A stretch of DNA of 63,350 nt, the filler included. It is 3 parts of 3 records of this genome, joined end to end, with 100 filler letters (N's around TTAATTAATTAA, not from the genome) between each part and the next. Parts side by side here need not be neighbours in the genome. Positions count along the whole stretch, not along the records: positions 1 to 29,484 come from DRR723986_1781; positions 29,585 to 51,568 come from DRR723986_1783; 1 more part is not named here. One strand, written 5' to 3'. Made by a program: the position numbers and the translations under genes. The stretch's first letter is position 1; each line of letters begins with the position of its first letter. This document shows positions 25,596 through 35,500 of this stretch, piece by piece. A model generated the notes under the pieces. That model did not search any database, was not told the origin of the DNA, and saw only the letters and a program-made list of their open reading frames with translations.

Positions 25596-25759
25596 TCATC
25601 CCCTCGAAACGGGTCCCCACCCGTTCAAATCCCAAGTTCACCCGCAAATGAGAGGAAGGCCGGCAACTTGCCCGGACACGCAATTTGCAAAAACGGCACT
25701 TTCAGAACCGTTAAATCGATGTCCATGACCCTACTGAGATGGGCCCGCGCTCCCCATTC

Positions 25760-25814
25760 TGGGTATTTATGGGATACCATGGGAAATCATGGGCGGTCAA
25801 TGGAATCTCATGGA
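25760..25814. promoter_or_regulatory. MraZ-box direct repeats
   Basis: TGGG at 25760, 25770, 25780 and 25790 (10-bp period), plus TGGA at 25801 and 25811, upstream of mraZ. Confidence 0.7.
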
Positions 25815-25870
25815 TTCCGGCTCGATTTGATCGCACACGACCCCGTCGAGAGACCTTAAGGCAAACATGC

Positions 25871-25886
25871 TTAATGAAGCCTTGAC
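25871..25886. promoter_or_regulatory. candidate CtrA box upstream of the dcw cluster
   Basis: TTAA-TGAAGCC-TTGAC, one mismatch to TTAA-N7-TTAAC. Confidence 0.45.
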
Positions 25887-26009
25887 ACAATTGGAGAATC
25901 GGATTCGCAGGAATACGGAGGTTTTCCGCATCGAAGCCCGGAAAACCGGCAAATTCTGCCTATCTGGAAAGACTTGTGGAGAAAGAAAACCGCCTTTGTG
26001 GCGAGTGTC

Positions 26010-27062
26010 TCAACCGAACCTGAGCGCCCGCCCCGTGGCCCCTGGTGTCTCGCCGAACCGCTCCCGGTAGGCAACCGAGAACCGGCCCAGGTGCCGGTGG
26101 CCGGACCGGAAGGCCACCTCTGCCACGGGCAGACTGTGCCCCTCCGACAACAACAGGTGCCGTGCGTAACTCAACCGGACGTCCTGAAGGTACTGATGCG
26201 GAGTACAGCCGTATTCCTGCCGGAACTGCAATTGAAGGTTCCGGGGCGAGGTTCCTGCGTGGGTACTGATATCCAGAAGACTGATGTCGTCGGCAAAACG
26301 CTCGCCGATCAGGCTGACCGCACGCTTCAGGATGGCCGGTGACCTGCCGGTCTCCCGCCGTTCCAGCAGCGGCGATGCGGTGTTCGGCTGAAATTCCAGC
26401 AGCGCTCCGACAAGGGCTTCTTCCAGGTGGCGTTGTTCCGGGCTCCCTCCCCCCTGAAAAACCCGCCCTTCCTCGACTGCGCCCAGAACACCGCGCAAGC
26501 GACGGCGCCAGGCAGCACCAGCGCGAGACAGAAGATTGAATTCGGGTTCGAAGCGAACCTGACCAACACTCACACCGGCCATTCTGCTTGCAACTTCCTG
26601 CAGGAAACCGGTCTCGATCTGAAGAAGGATCTGCTGGCAGCCGGCATGCCAGCGCATGGCTGTGTGCCGGTCCGGATTGAGAATGGAGGCAACCCTCGGC
26701 GTGGACACCATGGAACGACAACCATTGCGGACCTCAGCCGTGCCGACAATTGGAAGCTGGATCAGGTAGAACTCGGCAAGTTCTCCTGGCTCGATCGCCA
26801 CATCAGCGCCATACCGCAGGTAGTTGAGAGACAGATGCTGTCCACGCGCCCGGTTCTGGCAGGCATCAAACCTGTCGGATGCCGAAAAACGTCCCAGGCG
26901 ATGATTGCAGAAGTGACGGGCAACGATTTCCCTGGCTTCGTCCACATCCGTGGTTTCGAAGCATTTGAAGCGATCGAGCGGCGTTTTGCTTTCTGCCTGA
27001 GACAACATTGTGGAAGCATGCCGCTGCTGCGAGACCCTTTCAAGCGCCACCTTGTGTGTCAT
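26010..27062 (-). CDS. AraC-family transcriptional regulator
   Basis: C-terminal HTH (SPRNLQLQFR...VAFRSGHRHLGRFSVAYRERFGETP) and an N-terminal ligand-binding region; divergent from the cupin gene. Start uncertain. Confidence 0.9.
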   Translation of the reverse strand: MTHKVALERVSQQRHASTMLSQAESKTPLDRFKCFETTDVDEAREIVARHFCNHRLGRFSASDRFDACQNRARGQHLSLNYLRYGADVAIEPGELAEFYLIQLPIVGTAEVRNGCRSMVSTPRVASILNPDRHTAMRWHAGCQQILLQIETGFLQEVASRMAGVSVGQVRFEPEFNLLSRAGAAWRRRLRGVLGAVEEGRVFQGGGSPEQRHLEEALVGALLEFQPNTASPLLERRETGRSPAILKRAVSLIGERFADDISLLDISTHAGTSPRNLQLQFRQEYGCTPHQYLQDVRLSYARHLLLSEGHSLPVAEVAFRSGHRHLGRFSVAYRERFGETPGATGRALRFG

Positions 27063-27187
27063 GCGTCATATTACTGCATCCGGCCAAGTAATTTCGCTTT
27101 CTGGATAAAGAAATCCATCGAGCCGCGCTTAGCCTTTCTCCTGTCGAAAGACCAAAGCGCACCAAATGAGCGATGAGGGGAACAATC

Positions 27188-27634
27188 ATGCAAGATGGCG
27201 CAGGCATTACCGCAGCGAACGCGGGACTGGACAATATCAGCTGGAATGTGGTCGGGCACACCTATACGCCGAAACTCCTGAGCGGCAACGCCTTCATCTG
27301 GCATGCGCTTATCCCGGCGGAGACCTTTGTCCCGCCTCACATACATCCGACCCAGGACGAATGGATCGTGATGCTGGAAGGGGAGCTGGAAGTCGAAATG
27401 GGTGGTCAGACCCACAAGGCAAAGGCGGGCGACACGATCCGCATGCCGATGGGTGAAGCCCACGGCATCTTCAACAGGTCCGGCAAGACGGCCACCTGTG
27501 TCTTCGGTGTTGCGCCGTCCCGTAAACTCTTCGAACTCTTCGGCGCGCTCGACGGCGTGACAGATGCGGCTGAACTGGTCCGGCTTTCCGCCTTGCACGA
27601 GGTCGACTTTCTGCCGCCTCCCGATCAGGCCTGA
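27188..27634 (+). CDS. cupin-domain protein
   Basis: PPHIHPTQDE (HxH...E) and GDTIRMPMGEAH cupin motifs; GAGGGG RBS before the ATG at 27188. Confidence 0.88.
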   Translation: MQDGAGITAANAGLDNISWNVVGHTYTPKLLSGNAFIWHALIPAETFVPPHIHPTQDEWIVMLEGELEVEMGGQTHKAKAGDTIRMPMGEAHGIFNRSGKTATCVFGVAPSRKLFELFGALDGVTDAAELVRLSALHEVDFLPPPDQA

Positions 27635-27728
27635 GCCAACACGGCCAGATCCAGCTTTTGAAGTGACGGGGTGGATTGCCGGCAGATACCACGCCGCCGG
27701 CGCGCCCTGAGGCGAGAGGACATCGAGA

Positions 27729-29216
27729 ATGACGAAACGCAAGACTGTCGCCGTAATCGGCGGCGGCGTGAGCGGGCTTGCGGCTGCAAAAGCCTTTGAC
27801 GAACGCGGGCACAGGGTGATGGGCTTCGAGCGAAGCCACGATTTCGGTGGTGTCTGGGAACTGTCGCGGTCCTATCCGGACGTGCAGACCCAGTCGCCCA
27901 AGGACCTTTACCGCTTCACCGACCTGCCCATGCCGGACGACTATCCAGAATGGCCGAAAGGGCCTCAGGTACATGCCTATTTGCATGCCTATGCGACAAA
28001 ACACAAACTCGGCCGCCTGTTCCGGCTGAACACCAATGTCCATTCCATGGATCGCCGCAAGGATGGCAATCCGGGCTGGACACTGACACTTGAGGCGGCC
28101 GGCAGAACCTGGTGCGAAGACTTCGACTTCGTCGCCATCTGCACCGGCCAGTTTTCGGACAAGAACGTCATTTCCCACCCGGGGCAAGAAGCCTTCGAGG
28201 CCGCCGGCGGCCAGGTGCTGCACAGCTCGGACTATACCGACAGCAGCATGGCGCGGGGCAAACATGTGATCGTTCTCGGCGGCTCCAAATCCGCGACCGA
28301 CCTGGTGGTCAACGCCGCCAGAAACGGTGCGAAATCGGTTACGCTGGTCTACCGGGAACCGGTCTGGCGCGTGCCCTATTTTGTCGGCGGCATCAATTTC
28401 AAACGCCTGCTCTACATGCGCGCCCAGGAACAGCAGTTCAACGGCTGGGGCCGGACCGGCCTTGCAAAAGCGGTCTCTGCTGCCTTCAAGCCATTGATCT
28501 GGGCAAATTTCAGAGGGCTGGAAACCCTGCTCAAGTTTCAGCTCAAGTTGAAGAAATGGGACATGGTTCCGGATATCCCGATCGAAAAGGACGCCTCCTG
28601 TTCGTTGCCGATCGTGACACCGGGACTTTTCGAAGGTTTTGAAGCGGGCAGCATCCGCCCGGTTCGGGGAACCTTCGCGCGCTATGAGAATGGCCAGGTC
28701 ATCCTGTCCACGGGAGAAGCACTGCCCTGTGATCTGGCTGTGCTGGCCGTGGGCTGGAAACTCGGCATTCCCTATCTGGCGAAGGAATACCGGAACAAAC
28801 TGATAGAGCCCGACGGGCAATACAGGGTCTACCGTTTGTCGGTGAACCCGGACCTGCCCGACATGGGGTTTGTCGGCTTCAACTCCAGTTTTTGCACCGT
28901 GTTGTCGGCGGAAATGATTGCCAACTGGCTGGTTCGCTATGCCGACGGGCAACTGGCTCATCAGCCGACGGATAGGGAAATGCGAACCAACATCGACCAA
29001 ATGCTCCACTGGCGGCGGCGGGAACGGCCGGCTGCCCAGGTCTATGGAGGTCTTTGCTCTGCCCCCTTCCACTTCCGGCACTTCGATGAACTGCTGGCGG
29101 ATATGGGGGCTGCCAAGCGAAAACGCGCAAACCCGTTGGCGGAGCAGTTTTCCTACCCGAACGCAGAAGCTTACGGGACATTTCTTGGCAGCACGCCGCA
29201 ATATGCAGCGGGCTGA
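27729..29216 (+). CDS. flavin-containing monooxygenase (class B, FMO-like)
   Basis: GGGVSG FAD motif, GGVW, FMO-like fingerprint F..AGGQVLHSSDY, second dinucleotide motif GGSKSA. Confidence 0.9.
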   Translation: MTKRKTVAVIGGGVSGLAAAKAFDERGHRVMGFERSHDFGGVWELSRSYPDVQTQSPKDLYRFTDLPMPDDYPEWPKGPQVHAYLHAYATKHKLGRLFRLNTNVHSMDRRKDGNPGWTLTLEAAGRTWCEDFDFVAICTGQFSDKNVISHPGQEAFEAAGGQVLHSSDYTDSSMARGKHVIVLGGSKSATDLVVNAARNGAKSVTLVYREPVWRVPYFVGGINFKRLLYMRAQEQQFNGWGRTGLAKAVSAAFKPLIWANFRGLETLLKFQLKLKKWDMVPDIPIEKDASCSLPIVTPGLFEGFEAGSIRPVRGTFARYENGQVILSTGEALPCDLAVLAVGWKLGIPYLAKEYRNKLIEPDGQYRVYRLSVNPDLPDMGFVGFNSSFCTVLSAEMIANWLVRYADGQLAHQPTDREMRTNIDQMLHWRRRERPAAQVYGGLCSAPFHFRHFDELLADMGAAKRKRANPLAEQFSYPNAEAYGTFLGSTPQYAAG

Positions 29217-29231
29217 ACAGGGAAGGTTAAG

Positions 29232-29484
29232 AGCCAGCCGGCCTGTAAGCCGGGTTCTGTATGGCCCGGCCAGATACGAGACCTGACGCGGACGTGACAG
29301 CCATTCATCTGTGACGTCTGTTGCCAGACGCCTATCGCAACCAACCCGGACAACTGGCCTGGAAACCGGCCTGAACCGGATCGCTCCGGTTCGCGCTGTC
29401 CCTATTCGGTTTTGCTCCCGGTGGGGTTTACCATGCCGCCGCTGTTGCCAGTTGCGCGGTGGGCTCTTACCCCACCCTTTCACC
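29232..29484 (-). ncRNA. rnpB: RNase P RNA (type A), 3' part, truncated by contig end
   Basis: Minus strand reads GGTGAAAGGGTGGGGTAAGAGCCCACC...GGTAAACCCCACCGGGAGCAA...AGATGAATGGCTGTC...ACAGAACCCGGCTTAC, the conserved rnpB blocks. Confidence 0.95.
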
Positions 29485-29583
29485 NNNNNNNNNNNNNNNN
29501 NNNNNNNNNNNNNNNNNNNNNNNNNNNNTTAATTAATTAANNNNNNNNNNNNNNNNNNNNNNNNNNNNNNNNNNNNNNNNNNN
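29485..29583. other. artificial contig linker
   Basis: N-run, TTAATTAATTAA (29529-29540), N-run; the spacer gives stops in all six frames. Confidence 0.97.
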
Positions 29584-29585
29584 NG

Positions 29586-32500
29586 ATGGGCAGCTATTTC
29601 TATTTCAACATCTGTTCCAACCCGGATCTGGTGGATGACGTGGGCATGTTCCTGCTGCGCCATACCGGCAATGACAAGGATTTCCTGTCGACCCGTGTCA
29701 GCCATGTGTTTGACCTGAAGGGGCCGTCGATCAACATGCAGACCGCCTGTTCGACCTCCCTTGTGGCGATCCATTATGCCTGTCAGGCACTGCGGGCGGG
29801 CGAAATTGACATGGCGCTGGCGGGCGGTGTGACCATCGAACTGCCGCATGGGCGCGGCTATGAGTTCAAGGAAAATGAAATCCTGTCACCGGACGGGCAT
29901 TGCCATGCTTTTGATCACCGGGCGCAGGGCACCGTGTTTGGTTCTGGTGCAGGGGCCGTGGCCTTGCGCCGCCTCTCGGACGCGATTGCCGATGGCGATC
30001 ACATTTGGGGTGTGATCAAGGGATCTGCGGTCAACAACGATGGCGCGGCCAAGGCTGGGTACTTGGCCCCATCTGTGGATGGACAAACCGACGCCATCGT
30101 CAAGGCGCTCGATGATGCAGGCGTTGCGGCGCAAAGCATTGGCATGGTCGAATGTCACGGCACCGGCACCTATCTGGGCGATCCGATAGAGGTTGCCGCG
30201 CTGACCGAGGCTTACCGCAAGACCACCACCGATACGGATTTTTGCCGCATTGGATCGGTCAAGACCAACATTGGCCATCTGGATACGGCGGCGGGGGTTG
30301 CGGGTTTTGTGAAATCTACACTTGCCCTGCACCACAAACAGATGCCGCCATCGCTCGGCTATGAGGCGCCCAATCCCGCCATCCCGTTTGAGGGCAGCCC
30401 GTTTTCAGTGAACGACACATTGCGCGACTGGCCCCAAGGCATCGCGCCGCGCCGTGCGGCGATAAATGCGCTGGGCGTGGGCGGCACCAATGCCCATGCG
30501 ATCATCGAAGAAGCCCCCGCACGCCCCGCGTCCGAAGAAAGCGATTGGCCGTTCCACGTGCTGTGTGTTTCCGGGCGCAGCAAATCCGCGCTGGATGCGA
30601 ACACCGCCGCGCTGGCCGCACATATGCGGGCGCATCCCGAACAACCCTTGGCCGATGTGGCCTTTACCCTCAAAAACGGGCGGCGTGGCTTTGAAAAGCG
30701 GCGCGTTGTGGTGGCCGAAACCCATGAGGAGGCCGCGGCCTTGCTTGAGGGCGGCGACACCCGCCGTGTGTTCACTCATGATCTGCTGGGTGATGCGCCC
30801 GAGGTTGTGTTCATGTTCCCCGGCGGCGGGGCGCAGTACCCCGGCATGGCGCGGGATCTTTACGAGACAGAGCCGGTCTTTGCCGATTGGATGGACCGCG
30901 GCCTTGCCCATCTTCAGCCGCAGCTTGATTACGACATCCGGGCGCTTTGGTTGCCCGAAGCGGATCAGATGGACGCAGCCGCAGAACGGCTCAAGCAACC
31001 CTCCGTACAACTGCCGCTGATTGCAATCACCGAATATGCGCTGGCACAGCTTTGGATCAGCTGGGGCGTGGCACCTGCGGCAATGGTGGGTCATTCGATG
31101 GGCGAAAACGTCGCCGCCTGTCTTGCCGGTGTGATGAGCTTTGAAAACCTGATTGATCTGGTGCTTTTGCGGGGGCGGCTGTTTGATGAGGTGCCAGCAG
31201 GCGGGATGATCAGCATCTCCGCACCGCTCAGCGCGATTGAACCGCTCTTGGGGGACGATCTGGACATCGCTTCGGTCAATGCGCCGGAGCTGATCGCCGT
31301 GTCAGGCCCGCAATCGGCGCTGGACGCGATGCAGGTCCGTCTGGCCGACGCTGGGCTGGAATACCAGCGGATCGCCATCGACATCGCAGCGCACAGCCGC
31401 ATGTTGGAGCCTATTCTGGATCGCTATCGCTCATTCCTTGCCGGGCTTGATCTGCAAGCGCCGCAGATGCCGTTTATGTCCAACCGCACAGGTCAGGAGA
31501 TCACGGCGGATGAGGCGACCAACCCCGATTATTGGGTTGGGCAGCTGCGCGACACGGTGAACTTTGCCGATTGCATTGCCACGCTGAGCGCCCCGCGCGA
31601 TCGCGTCTACCTTGAAGTCGGACCGGGCAAAGCCCTGTCTGCGCTGGCGCAGATGAGCGAGGGGGTCAAACCTGCGCAGGCGTTCTCCACCCTGCGCCAT
31701 CCCGATCAGGATATCGCGGATGATATGTACTTTATGTCCGTTATCGGGCGGCTTTGGGCTTGCGGCGTTGAGGCCGATTGGGCGCAGATCTGGGGCGAGG
31801 CGCGGCGCAACCGTGTGGTCTTGCCGACCTATGCTTTCCAGCGCAGCCGATATTTTATCGAGCCGGGCTCTGCGGCCGTTGCCGCGCCCGCCAGCGCCTT
31901 GGTGCGGCAGGATGATATGGCCACCTGGGGCGCTGTGCCCACATGGCGGCCCCGCTTTGCCAATGCCGATATTGACGCGATCACCGATCTGGCCGCGACA
32001 CCGCAGTCGTGGCTGATCTTTGGCGATGGTGATGGGCTGGCCGCGCCGGTGATGACGCGCCTGCGCGATGCCGGTCATCGGGTCATTGCCGTGCGGGCAG
32101 GGGATGCCTTTGCCCGTCAGGATGAGAACACCTATACGCTCGCGGCAGAGCAGGGCCGCAGGGACTATGACCTGTTGATTGCCGATCTTGCGGAACGCGG
32201 GCTGATGCCGGACCGGATCGCGCATTTCTGGCTGACCGATGATCACGTCGCGCCGCGCCCCGGCAGCAGCACCTTTGACCGCAACCTTGAACAAGGCTTC
32301 TGGAGCCTGACTTGGCTTGCCCAATCCCTGACCGAAGCGGGCCACGATGCGCCGCTGCATCTGAGTGTCTTTACCACAGGTGCGGCGCAGCTGAAGGATG
32401 AGGCGCTGGCCCATCCTGAAAAGGCGCTGATTGCCGGTCCTGTCGGTGTGTTCCCGCGTGAAATGCCGGGTGTGACCTGTGCCCAGATCGATATCGAAGA

Positions 32501-35500
32501 ACAAGCGGCGCCCGCGCCGGCAAAGCGGGGTTGGTTTGCGCCAGCCGCCCCATCCGAACCCGATATTGCGGATGATCTGACGGATCGCCTGCTGGAAGAC
32601 CTGATGGCCGTGCCTGCCAATCTGGTGGCCGCTTATCGCGGTACAAAACGGTTTGAACAAGGTTTCAAACCCGCGCCATTGAACGCCACCGATGATGTCC
32701 TCTTTGAGGAGGGTGGTGTCTATCTGATCACCGGCGGGTTTGGCGGTATTGGCCAGACACTGGCCGCAGATATCTTGTCGCGGCAGTCTGCGACGGTGGT
32801 TTTGCTGGGCCGCGACCCCTTGCCGGATCGTCAGGCGTGGAATGGCTATCTTGCCCGTCACGGCACGGCAGACCGCACCGCACGGCGGATGCGCAGTGTG
32901 ATCGAACTTGAGACAGCCGCAGCCGCCAAAGGTGGCCGGGTCGAGGTTGCCGGGGCCGACGTGGCCAATCTGGCGCAGATGCGCCGGGTGATTGAAGATC
33001 TGCAAAAACGCCATGGCCGGATCAATGGCGTTATCCATGCCGCCGGTGCGCTCGACGATGGGCCAATGCTGGGCAAAACGGACGCGCAGATGGATGCGGT
33101 TCTGTCGCCCAAGGTGCAGGGCTTGCGGGTCATTGATCAGTTGTTGCCTGATGGCGATCTCGATTGCCTGATCCTGTTTTCCTCCACCAGCACGGCGACC
33201 CGGTCTGCGGGGCAGGTGGATTATGTCGCAGCGAACGCCTGGCTCAATGCCTATGCCGCCGCCCGCAGTGGCGATATGACCCGCGTGATGGCGATCAACT
33301 GGGGCATCTGGGCCGATGTCGGCATGGCCACCAAAAGCCTGAGCGGCGGCGCCAGTGATGTGCTGCCCGCCCGCCCGATCAATGCGGCGCTGTTGCAGAC
33401 CATGGGTTCCGACGTGGCGGGTGATCCGGTTTTGTCCGCGCAGATCAGCAGCGCACATTGGCTGCTGGATCAACACCGCACCAAGGATGGTCAGGCGATC
33501 ATGCCCGGCACCGGCTACATTGAGCTGTTGGCCGAAGCCGCCACAGCCAAGGGGCTGACCCAAGGCTTTGAAATTCGGGATCTCTATTTCCTGCGGGCGA
33601 TGCCGGTCGAGGATGAAACGCCGCGCGACTTGCAGATCAACCTAAGCGGAGAAGGGGCGGGCTTTGCCGCTGAACTGCGCAGTGATTGCACATTGAACGG
33701 CAAATCCGGCTGGCAGCTTCACGCGCAGGCGCAGATCGCGCCGATCAGCGACCCGCAGCCAGAAACCTTCGATCTTGAGGCGGCATTTGGCCGCTGTGCG
33801 CAGATCAATACGGCGCCTGAGGGCGGGCGTTTGATTTCACCGCAAGAGGCGCATCTGGACTTTGGGCCGCGTTGGCATGTGCTGCGCGAAACCGCGGTTG
33901 GCGCGGATGAGGGTATCGCCAAACTGGCCTTGCCAGATGCCTGCCGTGATGATCTGCCTGAGGGTCACCTGTTGCACGCCGGTTTGTTGGACCTTGCCAC
34001 CGGCTGGGCGATTGATCTGGTGCCAAGCTATGATGCCAGCCACCTTTGGGTGCCGGTGTCCTATGGTGCGATCACCGTGTACGGGCCGCTTCCCGCAGAG
34101 ATTTATTCTCATGTTGCCCTGTCGAAAACGGCGGCGGGTGATGGCTTTGCCAGCTTTGATGTAACGATTTGTGATGCGGATGGCCGGATTTTGGTCAAGG
34201 TCGGGAATTTCGCGATGAAGCGGCTTGAGGGCGGCTTTGCCGCTGCGCCGCTGGACCCGCGCGAGGTGCGTTTTGATGATGTTGAGGCGGGTCAAGAGAG
34301 CCTGACACCGGCAGAGGAACGCCTTGCCTATATGGTTTCGCAGGGCATTCGCGCCGCTGAGGGACCAGAGGCATTGCGCCGTGCGATTGCGCTGGGCCGG
34401 TCGCAGGTGATTGTATCCTCACTGCCGCTAAATGGGCTGATCGCGCAGGCCGATCAGCCGCCGCAAGGGGCCAGCACCAGCGGGCAAAGCTTTGAACGCC
34501 CCGATCTCGACGGTTCTTTTGTTGCGCCGCGCAATGGCATCGAAGAACGGCTTGCTGCGATCTGGGAAAACTTGCTGGGCGTCAGCCCGGTTGGGGTTGA
34601 GGACAGCTTTTTTGATTTGGGCGGGCATTCGTTGATTGCTGTGCGCCTGTTTGCCAGTGTCAAACGCGAGTTTGCGGTCGAGTTTCCGATTTCGGTTCTG
34701 TTCGAGGCCCCGACCATTGCCAAATGTGCAGCACTGATTGCGGCACAGACCGGTGATGCGGGCGATGTTTCCGGCGCGGCGGATACCGGCGCTGCACCGG
34801 TGGCCGAAACCTTTGACTATCTCGTGCCACTGAACCAATGCGACCATAAAGACGCCGCGCCGCTGTTTGTGGTGGCGGGGATGTTTGGCAATGTGTTGAA
34901 CCTGCGCCATCTGGCCTTGCCGTTCAGCAAGGAACGCCGGGTGATGGGCATTCAGGCCCGTGGATTGATTGGCGACACGCCGCCCCATACCGACGTGGGC
35001 GAGGCGGCCCGAGACTATCTGGCTGAGGTGCGCCGCGTGCAGCCGCATGGGCCGTATCTGTTGGCGGGATATTCCGGTGGCGGGATCACCGCTTATGAAA
35101 TGGCGCAACAATTGCGCAGCGCGGGCGAGGAAGTTGCCGTTTTGGCGATGCTTGATACGCCATTGCCGGTGCGGCCATCGCTGTCGCGGCCCGATAAGGC
35201 GCTGATCAAATTGGCAGAGCTGCGCCGCAAAGGTCCGCGATACCTTGTGGAATGGGCGAAAAACCGACTGGCATGGGAAAAGACCCGCCGCGCGGGTGCG
35301 CAGGCAGATGCGGGCGATGGCAACGGGTCCGAGTTCAACAACCTCAAGATCCAGCAGGCCTTCCTGACCGCTGTCGGGGCCTATGACACACCCAAATGGG
35401 ATGGCCCGATGACCCTGTTCCGGCCACCGCTCGACTTGCATTGGCGGGTGACCAAGGGCCGGTTCGTCAGCGCGGAACGCGAATATGTGTTCGAGGACAA

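Noticed and set aside
25960-26030. att-like duplication of the rnpB 3' end at the left edge of the cassette
   Set aside because: No matching copy found by eye and no integrase in the segment.
27471-29483. 670-aa minus-strand ORF
   Set aside because: It runs through rnpB and antisense to the FMO and cupin genes, with no protein motifs.
29529-29540. TTAATTAATTAA as a CtrA site or biological repeat
   Set aside because: It is flanked by Ns and repeated at 51613, so it is an assembly spacer.
31431-33563. 710-aa ORF antisense to the PKS
   Set aside because: Shadow ORF; the plus strand carries all the catalytic motifs.
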